Positions 1-13,641 of a stretch of 64,000 bases of DNA are shown here, in pieces. The DNA lies in contig MU058065.1 of NCBI GenBank assembly GCA_013265495.1, forward strand, positions 7,316,302 to 7,380,301. The letters are read 5' to 3'. The stretch's first letter is position 1; each line of letters begins with the position of its first letter. The position numbers and the translations under genes were made by a program. Below the pieces are notes generated by a model. It had not been told where the DNA came from. It saw only the letters and a list, made by a program, of their open reading frames with translations, and made no database searches. This DNA is from Vicugna vicugna. Taxonomy: Eukaryota.

Positions 1-1795
1 TATGCTCTTGGATTGGAAGAATTAATATTGTTAAAATGTCCATACTTTCAAAGCAATCCACAGGTTTAATGCAATCCCTATGAAATTAACTAGGAAATTT
101 TTTTACAGAACTAGAACAAATAATCTTAAAATTTATATGGAATCACAAAAAACCCCCCAGAATTGCCAAGGTAATACTGAAGAAAAAGAACAAAGCTGGA
201 GGAATATCCTTCCTAGGCTTCAGACAATACTACAGAGCTACAGTAAACAAAACAGCATGATACTGGTACAAAAAACAGACATATGGATCTCTGTAACAAA
301 ATAGAGAGCCCAGAAATAAACCCATGCACCCACAGTCAATTAATCTTTGACAAAGGAGGCAAGAATATACAGTGGAGAAAAGACAGTCTCTTCAGCAAGT
401 GGTGTTGGGAAAGCTGGACAGCCACATGTAAATCAGTGAAGTAAGAACACTCCCTCATACCATATATAAGAATAAAGTCAAAATGGCTTAAAGATTTAAA
501 CATAATACAAGATACTATAAACCTCCTATTAAAAAACATAGGCAAAACATTCTCTGACATAAATCTTAGTAATGTTCTTCTAGGGCAGTCTACCCAGGCA
601 ACAGAAATACATGCAAAAATAAACAAATGGGATCCAATTAAAATTATAAGCTTTTATAGAGCAAAAGAAATTATGAACAAAACAGAAAGACAATCTATGG
701 AATGGGAGAAAATATTTGCAAAAAATTTGACTGATGAGGGCTTAATTTCCAGAATTTATAAACACTTATACAACTCAATATCAAAAAATTAACAATCCAA
801 TCAAAAAATGGGCAAAAGACCTAGACCAACATTTCTCCAATGAAGACATACAAATGGCCAATAGGCACATGAGAAAATGCTCAATATCACTAATTATAAG
901 AGAAATGTAAATCAAAACTACAATGAGGTATCACCTCACACCAGTCAGAATAGCTATCATTAAAACGTCCACAAAGAATAAATGGTGGAGAGGGTGTGGA
1001 GAAAAGGGAACCTTCTTACACTGTTGGTGGGAATGTAGTTTGGTGCAGCCATTATGGAAAACAGTATGGAGGTTCCTCAAAAAACTAAAAATAGACTTAC
1101 CATATGATCTGGCAATCCCACTCCTGGTCATATACCCAGAGGGAACTCTAATTCAAAAAGATACACGCACCCCAGTGTTCATAGCAGCATTGTATACAAT
1201 ATCCAAGATATGGAAACAACATAAATATCCATGGACAGATGACTAGGTGAAGAAGTGTGGTATATATGTACAATGGAATACTACTCAGCAATAAAAAGAA
1301 TAAAATAATGCCATTTTCAGCAATATAGATGGACCTGGAGATAGTCATTCTAAATGAAGTAAGCCAGAAAGAGAAAGAATATCACTCATATGTGGAATAT
1401 AAAAAAAAAGGAAAGAAAGAAAGAAAAAAAGAGGACACTAATGAACTCATCCACAAAACAGAAACAGAATCACAGACATAATAAACAATCTTATGGTTAT
1501 TGAGGATAAAGGGGTGGGAAGGGATGAATCTGGGAATTTGAGATTTGTAAATGTTAACCACTGTATATAAAAATAGATAAAAAACCGTATTTCTTCTGTA
1601 TAGCACAGGGAACTATTTACAATATCCTGTAATAACATTTAATGAAAAAGAATATGAAAATGAATATATGTATATATATACATGACTGGCACATTGTGCT
1701 GTATACCAGAAACGGACACATTGTAAATGACTATACTTCAATAAAAAATAACAATAATAAAAATAATAAAGAAAAAATGAAAATGTTAAAAAAAA
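1..1795 (+). mobile_element. Lineage-specific (camelid-type) LINE-1, 3' part: degenerate ORF2 C-terminus, 3'UTR and A-rich tail; runs off window start
   Basis: ORF 923-1246 [14 protein letters not shown]...[41 protein letters not shown] is the L1 ORF2 Cys-rich C-terminus; 3'UTR 'gtatagcacagggaactat...tatacttcaataaaaa'; A-rich tail 1740-1795; stops and frameshifts present. Confidence 0.95.
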
Positions 1796-2497
1796 GAAAC
1801 ATGTTTGGAAAACAGTGGATGACTAAGTTGGTCTGTAACAGAGTGGCGCACAGGGAGACAGCAGGAAATACCTGTTGTCCGAAAGTTAGGCTGGGCCATG
1901 TCTGGCAGGCTCTGGAAACCTCTTTCAACCTTGAACCACCTTTCTGGGCCTTCGTTCTTCCTGATGTCTCCAGGTTTGGTATCCAGAGTAGTCATTACAT
2001 ACCACAAATCTGGTAATGTCTGATGCATCGAGATTCATAGCTTTTAGAACAGAATATGCTTTTCTGAATTAGAAGAAAATAAAAAGAGCAAGAAGTATTC
2101 CACTTTGGCAGCATTATGGTTAATGTGTCTCATCTAGCCTCAGTCAGCTATTCTAATAGCTTCATGTGGCCTCAAGTGTTTTCCTGCCAGTGACAGATTC
2201 TAAGCAGAAGAATAGGGTCAGATTCATGTTTGAATGTTGTTCTTTTTTCCTTTGCAAAGAGGTTGGCCAGAGAGTGAGATCAGAAAGAGCCTTCTTAAAT
2301 CTCTGGAATGAAGCTGGGTTGGTAGACACAGGTAGATGAGGAAGTTCTGTAGTATTTGCAGTCCCTGGGGGGCTGTGTGAGTCTGTCCTTTCTGGCCTCC
2401 GGTTTCCCAACTCTTTCTCCAAGGATATGTCCCATTTTAACATATTTTCATCTTTTCTCTGACATTGTACTTAACTACATGGGCACATTTGTGGACA

Positions 2498-2576
2498 TGT
2501 GTCTGTGTGTGTGCATGTGTGTACATGAGTGTGCGCACATGTATGGTTGTGTGCATGCGTGTGCATGTGTGTGTTG
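2498..2576. repeat. Degenerate (TG)n/TGCA purine-pyrimidine alternating tract
   Basis: gtgtgtgcatgtgtgtacatgagtgtgcgcacatgtatgg...gtgcatgcgtgtgcatgtgtgtg read directly. Confidence 0.8.
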
Positions 2577-3554
2577 GTGTTGACCTGCTATTGCTGCTGC
2601 CATTGCAGCCAGTGTTCCAGACACAGGTGCAGAGAGATAGATACAAAGTCTGTAAGTGACAGTTGGATGTAGTTTTGGAATGAATAGGGCTGGATATTGG
2701 ATGCTGATAAAGGAAGTCTATTTCTGCTTGGCTTCCTGAATGTCAAAGTGGTGGGAATCTGAGAGCAGGTGACTGAGGGGGCAGACCCATCTCCTGACCT
2801 TGACAGCTTTAGGAATGGGAGGATTTCTCTACCCACTCAATACTTGCAACTGATTATAGTGGGTGAGGGCCATTTGCGAGGCGAGAGCATTGCCAAGATG
2901 ATTTCTGAAGGGCCCTTCTGGGATGAATCATCTGTGATACTGTCTCTTTAGCCACTGTGAGTGGGGAGTATGTATCATTATTTTAGCCACATGAAAACTG
3001 AGAATGCTACATAAATTCTCATTATTGAGCAAGAGTGGTTATGGTGACCTTGTATATTTTCACATTTACCCTTTCAATTCCCCTGCTTCTTCCTGACTTT
3101 GGTTTTTTAAAAAATTGTGGTCTCCTCTAGGAGGAGAGATATTTCATAGAGTAGGAGCTGGTTTAAGGGTGGGAGCCCAGAGGAGCATGGAGAAGAGCGA
3201 AGGTGCCTGTGGCCGTGGCTTCTTGCTGGACTTGCTGGGGCCTGTGTGTGTTTGAGAGGGAACATCCTGACCTTGTAAAAGAAACCCCACACAGACACGT
3301 GGCAGTTCCCAACTGAGCGCTCATCCCTGGGAGGGCTGCAAATTGAATTAACAGAACTTAATTCTCTTTAAGCCAGCAGGGGAAGCAAGTTTATGTTTGC
3401 ATTTTGTCCAGATTCAGTTTAACACTGGACTAACTTTCTTTGTGACGCTGACACCTGAGTTATAAGATACAAGTTAATTCCATTTGTGTGTGTAGCACAG
3501 GGAAGGGGGCCAATGGAGGTGTCTAAATCTTATTGAATATCAAGGGAAAAGCAC

Positions 3555-3630
3555 TTACAGATATTCTTCCACTAAGAGAAAACTGGCATCCAGACAAGTT
3601 AAATGACTTGTCCAAAGCCACATGGGGCAT
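3555..3630 (-). mobile_element. MIR core fragment
   Basis: 'aaaactggcatccagacaagttaaatgacttgtccaaagccaca' resembles the reverse MIR core (gaaactgaggc..gttaagtgacttgcccaaggtcaca). Confidence 0.6.
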
Positions 3631-3789
3631 TATTGGTAAAATTGGCCTGGAAGCCATGGGGCCTGGTTGTAATAAAGCTTCCTTAGTAATCCTAAAAATT
3701 AGTTTTCTTATGGTCAAAACAGTTTTAAGAATTCCCTGAGTCAATAAAGCCTTCCAGATTCTTTTTCTTTGCCTGCCTGTCTGTCTAAT

Positions 3790-3862
3790 ATGTATGTATA
3801 TGTATGTATGCATGTATGTGTTTATAAACATGCACACACACACACACACACACACACACAAC
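3790..3862. repeat. (TATG)n followed by (CA)n microsatellite
   Basis: tgtatgtatatgtatgtatg... then cacacaca run to about 3859. Confidence 0.9.
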
Positions 3863-3879
3863 ATAACTAAGAGAGAGAA

Positions 3880-6800
3880 TACTCCGAGTTTCAAATTCCA
3901 GTACAGTAGAAGAGTAAATTTCTAGATCCAGCAGGAGCGACTCCAGACCACATCATGCTGGAACAAAGAATTAAATAAAAGACTCAGGGAAAAGAGGAAA
4001 GGGGTCTTGGAGCCTTGGACAAGATAAAATAACCCTCAGAAACAGGAGTTCACACCTGAGTGAAAAACAGTGAGAGCAACTCTGAAACCAGGTAGCTGAA
4101 AGGACCGGTTCCTTGGGAACTGAGTGGGAGGTGGTGATGGTGCATGGGAGAGGGGCTGGCCATGTGGGAAAGGTATCGCTTCTGGAGGAGGGGAGGACTC
4201 CTGGCAGGGGCACATTTGGAAGCTTGTTAGTGAAGGGAAATAAGGACATGAGCTTGTTCTGCCAAACAAAAGTGAATTTCAAAAATCAGAACATTTATCA
4301 ATCCCTCCCCTTTAAAAGTGCCAATTAAAGAAACTACACTTTTTTATACTAACAGAAGAGGGTGCTCTTGAACTAAGAAACATTGCCAGTCACGCGGCCG
4401 CCATAATTGTGCCTACATACAACAGTATATGTTAACATTTAAAAGTATACACAAAATGGCAGACAACATACATACAAGGCCACTAGGGAAACAAAACGTG
4501 AGAATTTAAACATTTCAGCAGATGCAAATGTTCCTATAAAAATTAAACATGAAACAGAAGAAAACTTTAACATAACACTCAAATTGAATTAAATATCCTA
4601 AAAGAAGCATTTGAAAATAGGAAGCAGAAGTCTTAAATCAGAAGTTCTAAAGTTGAGAACAGAAATAGCCAAAAAGCAAACAGGGATAATGTGAAATAGA
4701 AGTTGAATACACTCGGGAAGGACTTGGAAGGAAAAGACAAAATCATCTTTAAAATAAAGGCTAAATTATAAGGTATTCATGGGACAACAGATAATGAGAC
4801 ACTGAGGAACTTAATAGAAACAGGATGAAAATTAAATAAGGAATGAAGGAAAACAGTTCAGAGAGAAAATAATTGCCAGAAGATAGGCTCAGAAGAGTCT
4901 GAAAAACAAAAATATTACAGTGGAAAATAACTACTATTTCAAACTATAAACTAAGACAAATTTTTAAAATTAAAAGATTTGAATCTGCATCTTTAAAAGA
5001 CTCATGGTCATCCTGGGAGAATAAACCTGGAATGGTGAAGTCCAAGACACATACCAGGGAAATATCACACTTAAAAGATAGAGAAAAAATTTACTAGGTC
5101 TCTAGGCAAAAAGACTAAGCCACTTACATGGAAAAGAAAGTCAAGAAAGTATCAGACTTTTTATATAAAACAGAAGAAGAATGGAGTTGCATTTTCAAGA
5201 AACTAAAGGAAGTGTGAGAGGAGTATTTTTCTTTCTAGATGAGCTCATTGCCAAGGATCAAGTCTGCAAGAAGCAGTTTTCTATGTGCAAAAAACTCAGA
5301 ACACTCGCTATTCCTCTGTAAAGGATCTACTGGATGGTGAACATGATCCAACCAAGACAGGACAAGGACTGGGACATTCTGGTAAATGGACTGAGGTGAG
5401 CATCAAATATATTTCAGTGTACATCTGTACCTACAACAGGGGTGGGGTCAAGAGTGGAAGAACAGTGTGACTGTCATATGCTCTGACAAAACTGAAATAA
5501 TAGATAATAGGTGAGAGGGAAGGATATTTAAAGCAGACAGACCAACAAGTAGAGGGGCAAAAAAGAAAAAAAAATGACTGAGGGCAGTACAATAGGCACC
5601 AGTGAAAAGGCAACTGTTGCAATGAACACATTAAATTTCCCAAATACCAAGAGGAATATAAAATGGGCATGAAAAATCAAGTACATAGAGAAAACAAACA
5701 GTATTCACAGTCAATTATACACAAAATATGAGTTGAGACTAAGCACTTCAGTCATATTGGTAAGTTATTTTTGTTATATTATAATAATTAATATATTTGT
5801 TAATAAATTGCATTACCCTCTCATTAAAAGTATGTTGAAACTGACACAGCAAGACTCAATTCCATGAAATAGATAAGAGACACACCTCTAACAAAGTGGT
5901 TCAGAAAGGCTACATACAGATAAAGAGATTAATGAAAACAGTCCAGAAAAGTAAAAACAATAAAATAAATAAGGATATAAAGATCTAATCAATATAATTA
6001 ATAAGGTAGATATTACAGATATAAATCAAGTCTCAAACCTTGAAAATATAGAGAATATACTTCCTTTTAAAAAGCACAAATAGAATGTTCACAAAAACTG
6101 ACCACATGTGGGGTTACAAAAAAATCCTAGTAAGTGCCAGGAAATAGAAATCAGTAACAAAAATTTCAAATGTCCTTTTATCTGGAAATTAAACAACAGC
6201 AATATCTCCATTGAACTACTATTGGGTGAAAGGGGATGTATAAACTGCTATTGCAGAATTTGTAAAAACAATAATTAGAATGAAAAACATGCACATCAGA
6301 ATTTATGAGATACAGTTAAATCAATGATCTGAGGAAAATCCATGGTCTTAAATACTTAAATCAGTAACAATTAATTAAAATGAACAAATCTAATTCTTAA
6401 CTCAAAAATGTAGAAAAATCATAAAGTAAATCAAAAGAAAACACAAGAAGAAAATAATAAAGATAAAAAAAGAAATTAATGTGGAAGAAAACAGCAAAAA
6501 CAATGGAACTAATGAATCAAAATGTTGGTTGTTTTTGGGGAAAAAAAGTAAAATATACATACAAATAACTAAGTTAATTAAGAGAAAAGGCAAAGCACAA
6601 ATGTGCAAAATAAGGAAAGACAAGAGGGAAATAACTATCATAAAGATGAAAAGTTATAAATAGACTACCTCGCAAAACACTATGCAAATACATTTGAAAA
6701 CTATGAGATTGATTAGTCTCTCTGAAAATGTAATTTACCAAAACAGACCCCCTTTTACACAGAAAGCTCAAACAGACCACTCTCCAGGGTAGAAAAAAGA

Positions 6801-8733
6801 TGGAGAAAATAATCAACAAAGTATTCCATATAGAATGACCAGACCCAGATGGTTGCATAGCGGAATTCTACAAACCTTCAAAGATCAGATAATCTCAATG
6901 GTCCATAAATGGTTCCAGAGTATAGAAAACGAAGAAAAACTTCCAAATTCTTTTTAAGAAGTAAGTTTAAGGTTGATACCTAAACCTAATAAAGATTATT
7001 AATAATAATTATAATGATAATATAATTTGTAGGGGGCTACAGACCAATTTTCTTTATAATTATAATTGCAAAAGTTAAATGAAACTAGTAAAAAAGAATC
7101 CAAAACCATCTTCATTAAAGAAAACATTAATAACAAATTTCAAGAATGCAAGGAGTTTCAATATGAAGAAATCTACTAATATAATTCAACTCATTAATAG
7201 ATTTAAGGAGGAAAATCATATGATTATCTCCATGGATGCTGAAAGACCTTCAACAATATTTAACACTCATTCCTGAAAAATGCACTGAATAAAATAGGAA
7301 TTAATGGATACTTTCTCTACATGACTTACATGTACGTGCATGTATATATGTATGATTTTTTTATGTAAGTACATATATATCCTAAACGTAGCATCTTATT
7401 TAATTGGGAAACGTGGGAGACACTCCTGCTAAGACTAGAAATAAAGACGCACTCAGTCTTCCTTACTACTTAACTTTGTATTGAAACTGTTAATCAATAC
7501 CATTAGATAAAGGCATAAGAGTTCGAAAAGAGGAAAAGTCATCTCTATATGTAGATGAAATGATAACGAAGCTTGAAAATCCAAGAATTAGCAATTAAAC
7601 TAATGGAAATTAGTAAGAAGTTCAGTAAGATAGTAAGATCTAAAATTCACTTATAAAATCAATAACGTTCATATATATAGAAAGCAATCAATTGCAAGAT
7701 GCAACATAAGGGGAAAAATCTCATTTATAATAAAATTGCAACAAAAAGATGAAACTTAAAAAGAAGCATGCAAAATCTAAATGAGGAAAAGTTAGAAATC
7801 CTCCCAAAAGACATGAAATTGAGCTCGAGAAAGTAAAAAGACACCTGTTCTTGGAGAGAACTACTCAGCATCATTCAGATGTCAATTCTTCTCAAGTTAG
7901 CATATAAATCTAACCCAGTTGTAAGGAAAATGACAACAAAGTCCCTCCCACAATGAGATTAAATAAGTTGATTCTAAAGTCATGTCAAAAAATAAACATA
8001 CAATAGTAGCAAGGAAACCTTGGGCAGTGGGGAGGGGGAAGCAATGAGGGGGAATGCTCTTACCTGATATTAAAACACTCTATAATTGTTCAATGGTAAA
8101 TGCAGTGTGGTACTGGTACATGAGTAGGGAGACCAGAGAAACCAAATAGAAAGTCCGAAAATGGATTTAAGTATGCACAAAAATGTATTATTAGATAAAC
8201 ATGACATTTCAAATTATTGGAGAAAAGGGCTTTTTAAATAACTGGTGTTGGGAAAGCTGAATAGCCATTTGGAAAAAGGTAAAACTGATTCATACCTTAA
8301 ACACTATATAGCATAAACTGTAAGAGAATGAGAGATTTTTATGTTAAAAATACAAAATAAACAAATCATACTAGTACTTAAAAGAAAACATGGATGAATG
8401 TTTCTGTAAATTGAGGGTGGAAAAAGTTTTACTAAATGTGACTCAAAATCTATATGCAACAATGAATAAAATTGATAAATTCTACTACATAAAATTAAAA
8501 AAGAATTGCATGGCACAAAAAATAAGCAAAATCAAAATAAAAATGACTCACTAGGGGAAAACATTTGCAATATGATGTGTCAGAGATAGATGGTTATCTC
8601 CCTAATATATAAAGTGTTTTTAAGAACTGAGAAAAAACCTCAGATTACCAATTTCCACAAAAATATAGGGAAAGATTCTTAAATACATGAAAAAAATGCT
8701 CAGAAATGTTGCTGAGGCTGTGGAGAGATAAGC
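3880..8733 (+). mobile_element. Ancient L1 (L1M/L1MC-ME class): 5' region, ORF1 and ORF2 remnants, heavily degraded
   Basis: A-rich plus strand; ORF2-like remnants, e.g. 7079-7276 FNMKKSTNIIQLINRFKEENHMIISMDAE, 'ctatatgtagatgaaatgata' (YADD-equivalent region, about 7545), 'aactggtgttgggaaagctgaatagccatttgg' at 8240. Confidence 0.85.
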
Positions 8734-9111
8734 TGTATTAGTTTGCTCAGGCTGCCAGTACAAAATTCACAGACTGGGTGGCTTCAACAACAGAAATTTA
8801 TTTTCTCACAGTTCTGGAGGCTGGAAGTCCCAAATTGTTGGTGGATTTTCTTTCTCCTGGGGCCTCTTTTCTTGGCTTGCAGATACTGCCTTCTCGTTGT
8901 ACCCTCACAAGGTCTTTCCTCTGTGCAGGCACGTCCCTGGTATCTCACTGTGTATCCAAATCTCCTCTTCTTATGACACTAGTCAGACTGGATTAGAGTT
9001 CCCCTTAATGACCTTATTTTAAATTATTCACCTCTTTAAAGGCCCTATTTCCTAATATGATCACATTCTGAGGTATGAGGGGTTTGGGAGGCTACAACTG
9101 GGCCTACAACA
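8734..9111 (-). mobile_element. MaLR MLT1 (MLT1B/C-like) solo LTR inserted in the old L1
   Basis: Starts tgtattagtttgctcaggctgcc...aacaacagaaatttattttctcacagttctggaggctggaagtcc, ends cctacaaca; TG...CA termini. Confidence 0.9.
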
Positions 9112-11100
9112 CAAGTGCATATGTTGCTGGTAGATGTTTAAATGATATAATCCATTTGGAGGGAAATAAACCTAAATATCTAAAAATTTATCTGTGCAAC
9201 ATTTACCCTTTGACCTCTAGACCTATGACCTCTAGAACTTGACCCTGAAGCTAACCCTCTAAAACAAATAAACAAAAAACATATGCACAAGATTATTCAT
9301 CAGACTATGATTTGTAGGAGTAAAGTAACAGAAACAACCTGAATACAATATATAAAATATTAGTTAAATAAGCTATGGTATATTCAAACATCAGAGCAAC
9401 TATTACTACAGAAAGAATGGGGAAGATCTCTGTAATTGTTCACAGTCATTTCCAGGATCTGTTTCAAATGAAAAAATACAAAATGAACAAGAGTACATAC
9501 AGTAGGATACTTTTTCTGTAAGGAAGAAGAGTGACTAAGAAAGGAGAACACACACACACACACATGTATTGCTGCAAAAAGAAACACAGGAAGAATAAAC
9601 CAGCAGCTCCCAAAATGGTTGCCTGCATAACACATGTAGGACAGGAACGAGAAAAGTATAGAAGAGATGAATAAGTGACACCTTTTAATATAGTTCTCAC
9701 TTTTAAATCATGATAGAGTTATGCATATTTAAAAATAAAATTAAATAAACAAAGGCACCCCTCAATTTGAACAAAAAGAGAAGCAAATGAACCCTACTGT
9801 ATGACCAGTTGATAACATAGCCCCACAAAAAGAAAGAATTAACCTAGCTAACTGAACATAGAACTCTGCTGCACATGCTCAGCAGGATATAGTCGAAGGG
9901 CAAAAATTAATCACAAAGAAATGTATCCTTTACTTGGTAGACTTGTTACTGGTTGTGGTATTGGTGTAGCAATTCCTTCACCACTTTGTGCAAATTGTAT
10001 GATAGAGCAAACGAAGCAACATTGGGTGCTTCTTTTAATCATGAGAGAAAGAAGCTATAAATATGAAATGGGAGGAGATGAAGTGTGCTCTGTATTGGAT
10101 TTGAAGGTATCAGAATGAACTCATGATATAACACTTATATTTCTTACCTCTGTTCAATGAAGAATGAGGAAAGAAAAATACAATTTGAATCTAGAGTATT
10201 TTATTGTCCTAGAAAGCAGAAAAATGTTCAACAAAACCCAGTAGAAGCGTATCAGATGAACACTAGAGACAGCTTGAGGATATTCCCACTGGCCAGATTA
10301 GAGAAAAATTAAGCATTAAAAGAATACTAATAATAGCAATGTCTTTTATTAAGTTGAATGAAAAATAATGACATTCAAAAACAAACAAACCAACAAAACA
10401 AAATGAGGCAGAAGGGTAAAGAAGAATTCTTTACAGATGAATCCTAGTGGAATGTAGAAAAAATAAGAGAATTAGAAAATAACCATTTTGTCACCATTGA
10501 TGTAATGATTGATTTGGACAAGTATCAACATAGATGCTAAAATCACTTAGGGAAATGTTCTTGAGTAACAAGATACTCATACAGTCTTAATGTTAAACCT
10601 CACAAGTTACTTATTAATTGTAAAAGGGAAAAGCTATTTCTACTTTGGAAAATATCTGTTGGACATTATCTTAACCAGTAATTGGACATCATTATCCATA
10701 ATGGGATAATCTGACATTATATGCTTCCTGATTTGATACACTGAGAAAGACCCAGTGCCGTTTATGTTACATCTTGCTGAGTATGTTTAATCAGGATTTA
10801 AACAGGAGACAACAACCAGAAAAACCCAGATTTGTGGGACTGGCTACAGAAAAACCTCCCTGCTTGTTGCAAAAATCTCACTGTCATAAAAGACAACAAC
10901 AACAACAAAAAGTAAGGGAGTTGTTAATGAAGAATAAAGGGACATGAAATATAACTGTAATCTATGACATTATTTGAACTTTAATTGAAAAAAGTTATCA
11001 GTAAAATTGACTATTTATTGAATATATACAATATTATGGCATTAATATTAAATTTTCTGAGATTGATCATGATATTGTGGATATATAGGAAAATGTTCTA
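9112..11100 (+). mobile_element. Continuation and long 3'UTR of the ancient L1 (L1MC/MD/ME-like 3' end)
   Basis: 'ttaaataagctatggtatattc', 'gaattagaaaataaccattttgtcacc...atagatgctaaaatcac', 'gatcatgatattgtggatatataggaaaatgttc' are typical of old L1 3'UTRs. Confidence 0.7.
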
Positions 11101-11109
11101 CAAAGAAGA

Positions 11110-11545
11110 AACTGGTAGTAGAAAGGCTATTTAGAAGTAGGAATATAAGATGATAAAATCAGGGGAATTGAAGACTTACTCCTCCTATATATTTCTAAAG
11201 TACAGGGATTTGAGGTCCACTTGGACAATGAGCGAGAATAGACTTGAAGATAATACTGATGTGTCTAATTTGAATGAATGAGGGGATTGTGGTGCTGGTC
11301 ACTAAAACTGCCAAGTGTGCATACTGAGTTGAGATATCTGTAAGACATTCATGGAAAAACTTTTACTATACCATTAGAAAGTTTTATTTAAAAGTCAGGA
11401 ATCTAATTAGAGTCAGAATTCCCAAACTGAGTAGTTATAGGTACAGAGGTGATAGCTGAAGCCATTGTGGGAGATGTAATTTCCCAACAGGGTAGAGAAT
11501 GGGATGACAGTGGGAGAATAGGATATTGGAAAACATCAGTATTCC
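11110..11545 (-). mobile_element. L2 fragment
   Basis: 'gagttgagatatctgtaagacattc...gaggtgatagctgaagccattgtgggagatgtaatt' resembles reverse L2. Confidence 0.65.
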
Positions 11546-11641
11546 TTGAGAACCCTATTGTCCTATCCATTCTCCATGGGAGCTTGTTCCAGAGTATCAG
11601 AGCTTCAAAGAACATGGCTTCACTGTCAGTTGGGAACTACT

Positions 11642-11968
11642 GTGTATCAGTCAGTTTCCACCAGGAAACAGAAGTCACTGAGATGGTCTGAGCCTTTAAT
11701 GAAGGGACTACTCCAGTGGTGTCAGAAAGGTTGAGGAAACAAAGAAGTTGAGGCACCCAGAGAACAGCAAGAGTGGGACACCATTACCACTTCTAGACCA
11801 AGGAGTAAGGAGAGGAAATCATGCTCCTGGAATCTAGTGTGGGTTGAAGCTATGAAGAAGGGGCTGTTTAGTGGGAAATACAGACACAGAAGAACATGCC
11901 TGCTTCCAGAAAGGCCTAACTGAAAAGTAAGAGAGAGAAGAAATATCCCAACCTCCCTCACTTCCACA
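11642..11968 (-). mobile_element. ERVL LTR33/LTR41-like LTR, left piece (interrupted by L1)
   Basis: tgtatcagtcagtttccaccaggaaacaga...tttaatgaagggacta...gcacccagagaacagcaa aligns by eye with the reverse complement of 62800-62945. Confidence 0.6.
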
Positions 11969-12425
11969 TTAAAAAAAACTGAGATAATTGACATACAGTT
12001 TCATGTAACATAAAATTCACCATTTTAAAGCATACAATTCAATGATTTTAGTATAGTCACAAGGTTGTGCAACATCAGTATTGTCCAATTCCAGAACATT
12101 TCCACCATCCCCGCCAAAAATCCCATACCCATAAGAAGTCACTGCCCAATGTCTCCTTTCTCCAACCCCTGACAAGTCCTAATCTACTTTCTGTCTCTAC
12201 GGATTTGCCAATTCTCAACATTTCTTTACAGGAATAGAATCATACAATATGTGGCCTTTCGTGTCTTCCTTCTCTCACTTAGCATAATGTTTTTAAGTTC
12301 ATCCATATTATAGTATGTATCAATACTCATTCCTTTTTAAGGATGAATCATATTCCATTGTATGGATATACCACATTTTTTAATCCATTCATCAGTTCGT
12401 GGGTATTTGGGTTGTTTTCACTGAT
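11969..12425 (-). mobile_element. L1MB-type 3' end
   Basis: 'cataaaattcaccattttaaagcatacaattcaatgattttagtatagtcacaaggttgtgcaac', 'cacttagcataatgtttttaagttcatccat'. Confidence 0.9.
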
Positions 12426-12429
12426 GTCC

Positions 12430-13095
12430 TGTTGTACAGAGCCTCAAGGTCAGCCTGGGCCTCCCCAGGGCTTTTGTGAACATGAGCATAGCTCCAGGCT
12501 TAGACTTGAACTTCTGGATTGCCAGGAGTAAGCTGGAGCTTTTCCAAGCCCCTGTAGACAACTCATGGTCTAGCTTTTCCTTTTAAGCTCTTTCATTTAG
12601 TTTATTGCTTTCCCCACATTGCCTTGGGCAGTATCAATATTAAAACACTACCAGGTCCATGATTTCAACAAATGTCCTTACCCCTAGAGGCTTTCAGCAC
12701 TATGCAAGTTCTGAGACAGGTCAAATAAAGACTTTTGGGGGAAATGAAGCTTTTTGATTGAATTTACTAGAGAAGCATGAGGCAGGTCAAATGATGATTG
12801 CTCTTCACCAATGAGTCTTTGAATGCGCTCCAGCTTCATTCTGCTCTGTCAGGTACCAGGAATGCAGGATGTTATTTTTCAAGGCTGCTTCTAAGCTGGT
12901 GGAGTGGGAATAGGACCAGGGTGAGAGCTGTTGCTTTTACTGAGATTCAGCTGCTTTTCTTGCAGGTCTTTGGTTAATTCCCAGAATTCGGAAGAAAAAA
13001 AGATTCTGACAGTTTTTATAACTATTTTTTGGGGTTGCTTTTAGAGAGGGGAAATTTTTTGGAAGTCCTAATTCTACTATTTTGATGACATCACG
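12430..13095 (-). mobile_element. Old L1 (L1M3/L1M4-like) 5'UTR abutting the L1MB 3' end
   Basis: 'agagcctcaaggtcagcc', 'ggtaccaggaatgcaggatgttatttttcaaggctgct', 'cttttactgagattcagctg', 'ggaagtcctaattctactattttgatgacatcac' recalled as reverse L1M 5' end motifs. Confidence 0.55.
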
Positions 13096-13099
13096 TCTT

Positions 13100-13624
13100 T
13101 TTTTTTAAACATTTTTTTATTGATTTATAATCATTTTACAATGTTGTGTCAAATTCCAGTGTAGAGCACAATTTTTCAGTTATACATGAACATATATATA
13201 TTCATTGTCACATTTTTTTCTCTGTGAGCTACCATAAGATCTTGTGTATATTTCCCTGTGCTATACAGTATAATCTTGTTTATCTATTCTACAATTTTGA
13301 AATCCCATCTATCCCTTCCCACCCTCCGCCCCCTTGGCAGCCACAAGTTTGTATTCGATGTCTATGAGTCTATTTCTGTTTTGTATTTATGCTTTGTTTT
13401 TTTTGTTTTTGTTTTTGTTTTTTAGATTCCACATATGAGAAATCTCATATGGGTATTTTTATTTCTCTTTCTGGCTTACTTCACTTAGAATGACATACTT
13501 AATAGTATCCATTGTGTAAATATACCACATCTTCTTTATCTAGTCATCTGTTGATGGACATTTAGGCTGTTTCCTTGTCTTGGCTATTGTAAATAGTGCT
13601 GCTATGAACATTGGGGTGCAGGTG
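13100..13624 (-). mobile_element. Young camelid-type L1 3' fragment (about 525 bp) with 17-bp TSD
   Basis: Poly-T then 'aacattttttattgatttataatcattttacaatgttgtgtcaaattcc'; TSD tgatgacatcac[g/c]tctt at 13083-13099 and 13625-13641. Confidence 0.95.
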
Positions 13625-13641
13625 TGATGACATCACCTCTT

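Noticed and set aside
336..626. Antisense ORFs over L1 (also 47863-48240, 49038-49394)
   Set aside because: Typical antisense-L1 pseudo-ORFs
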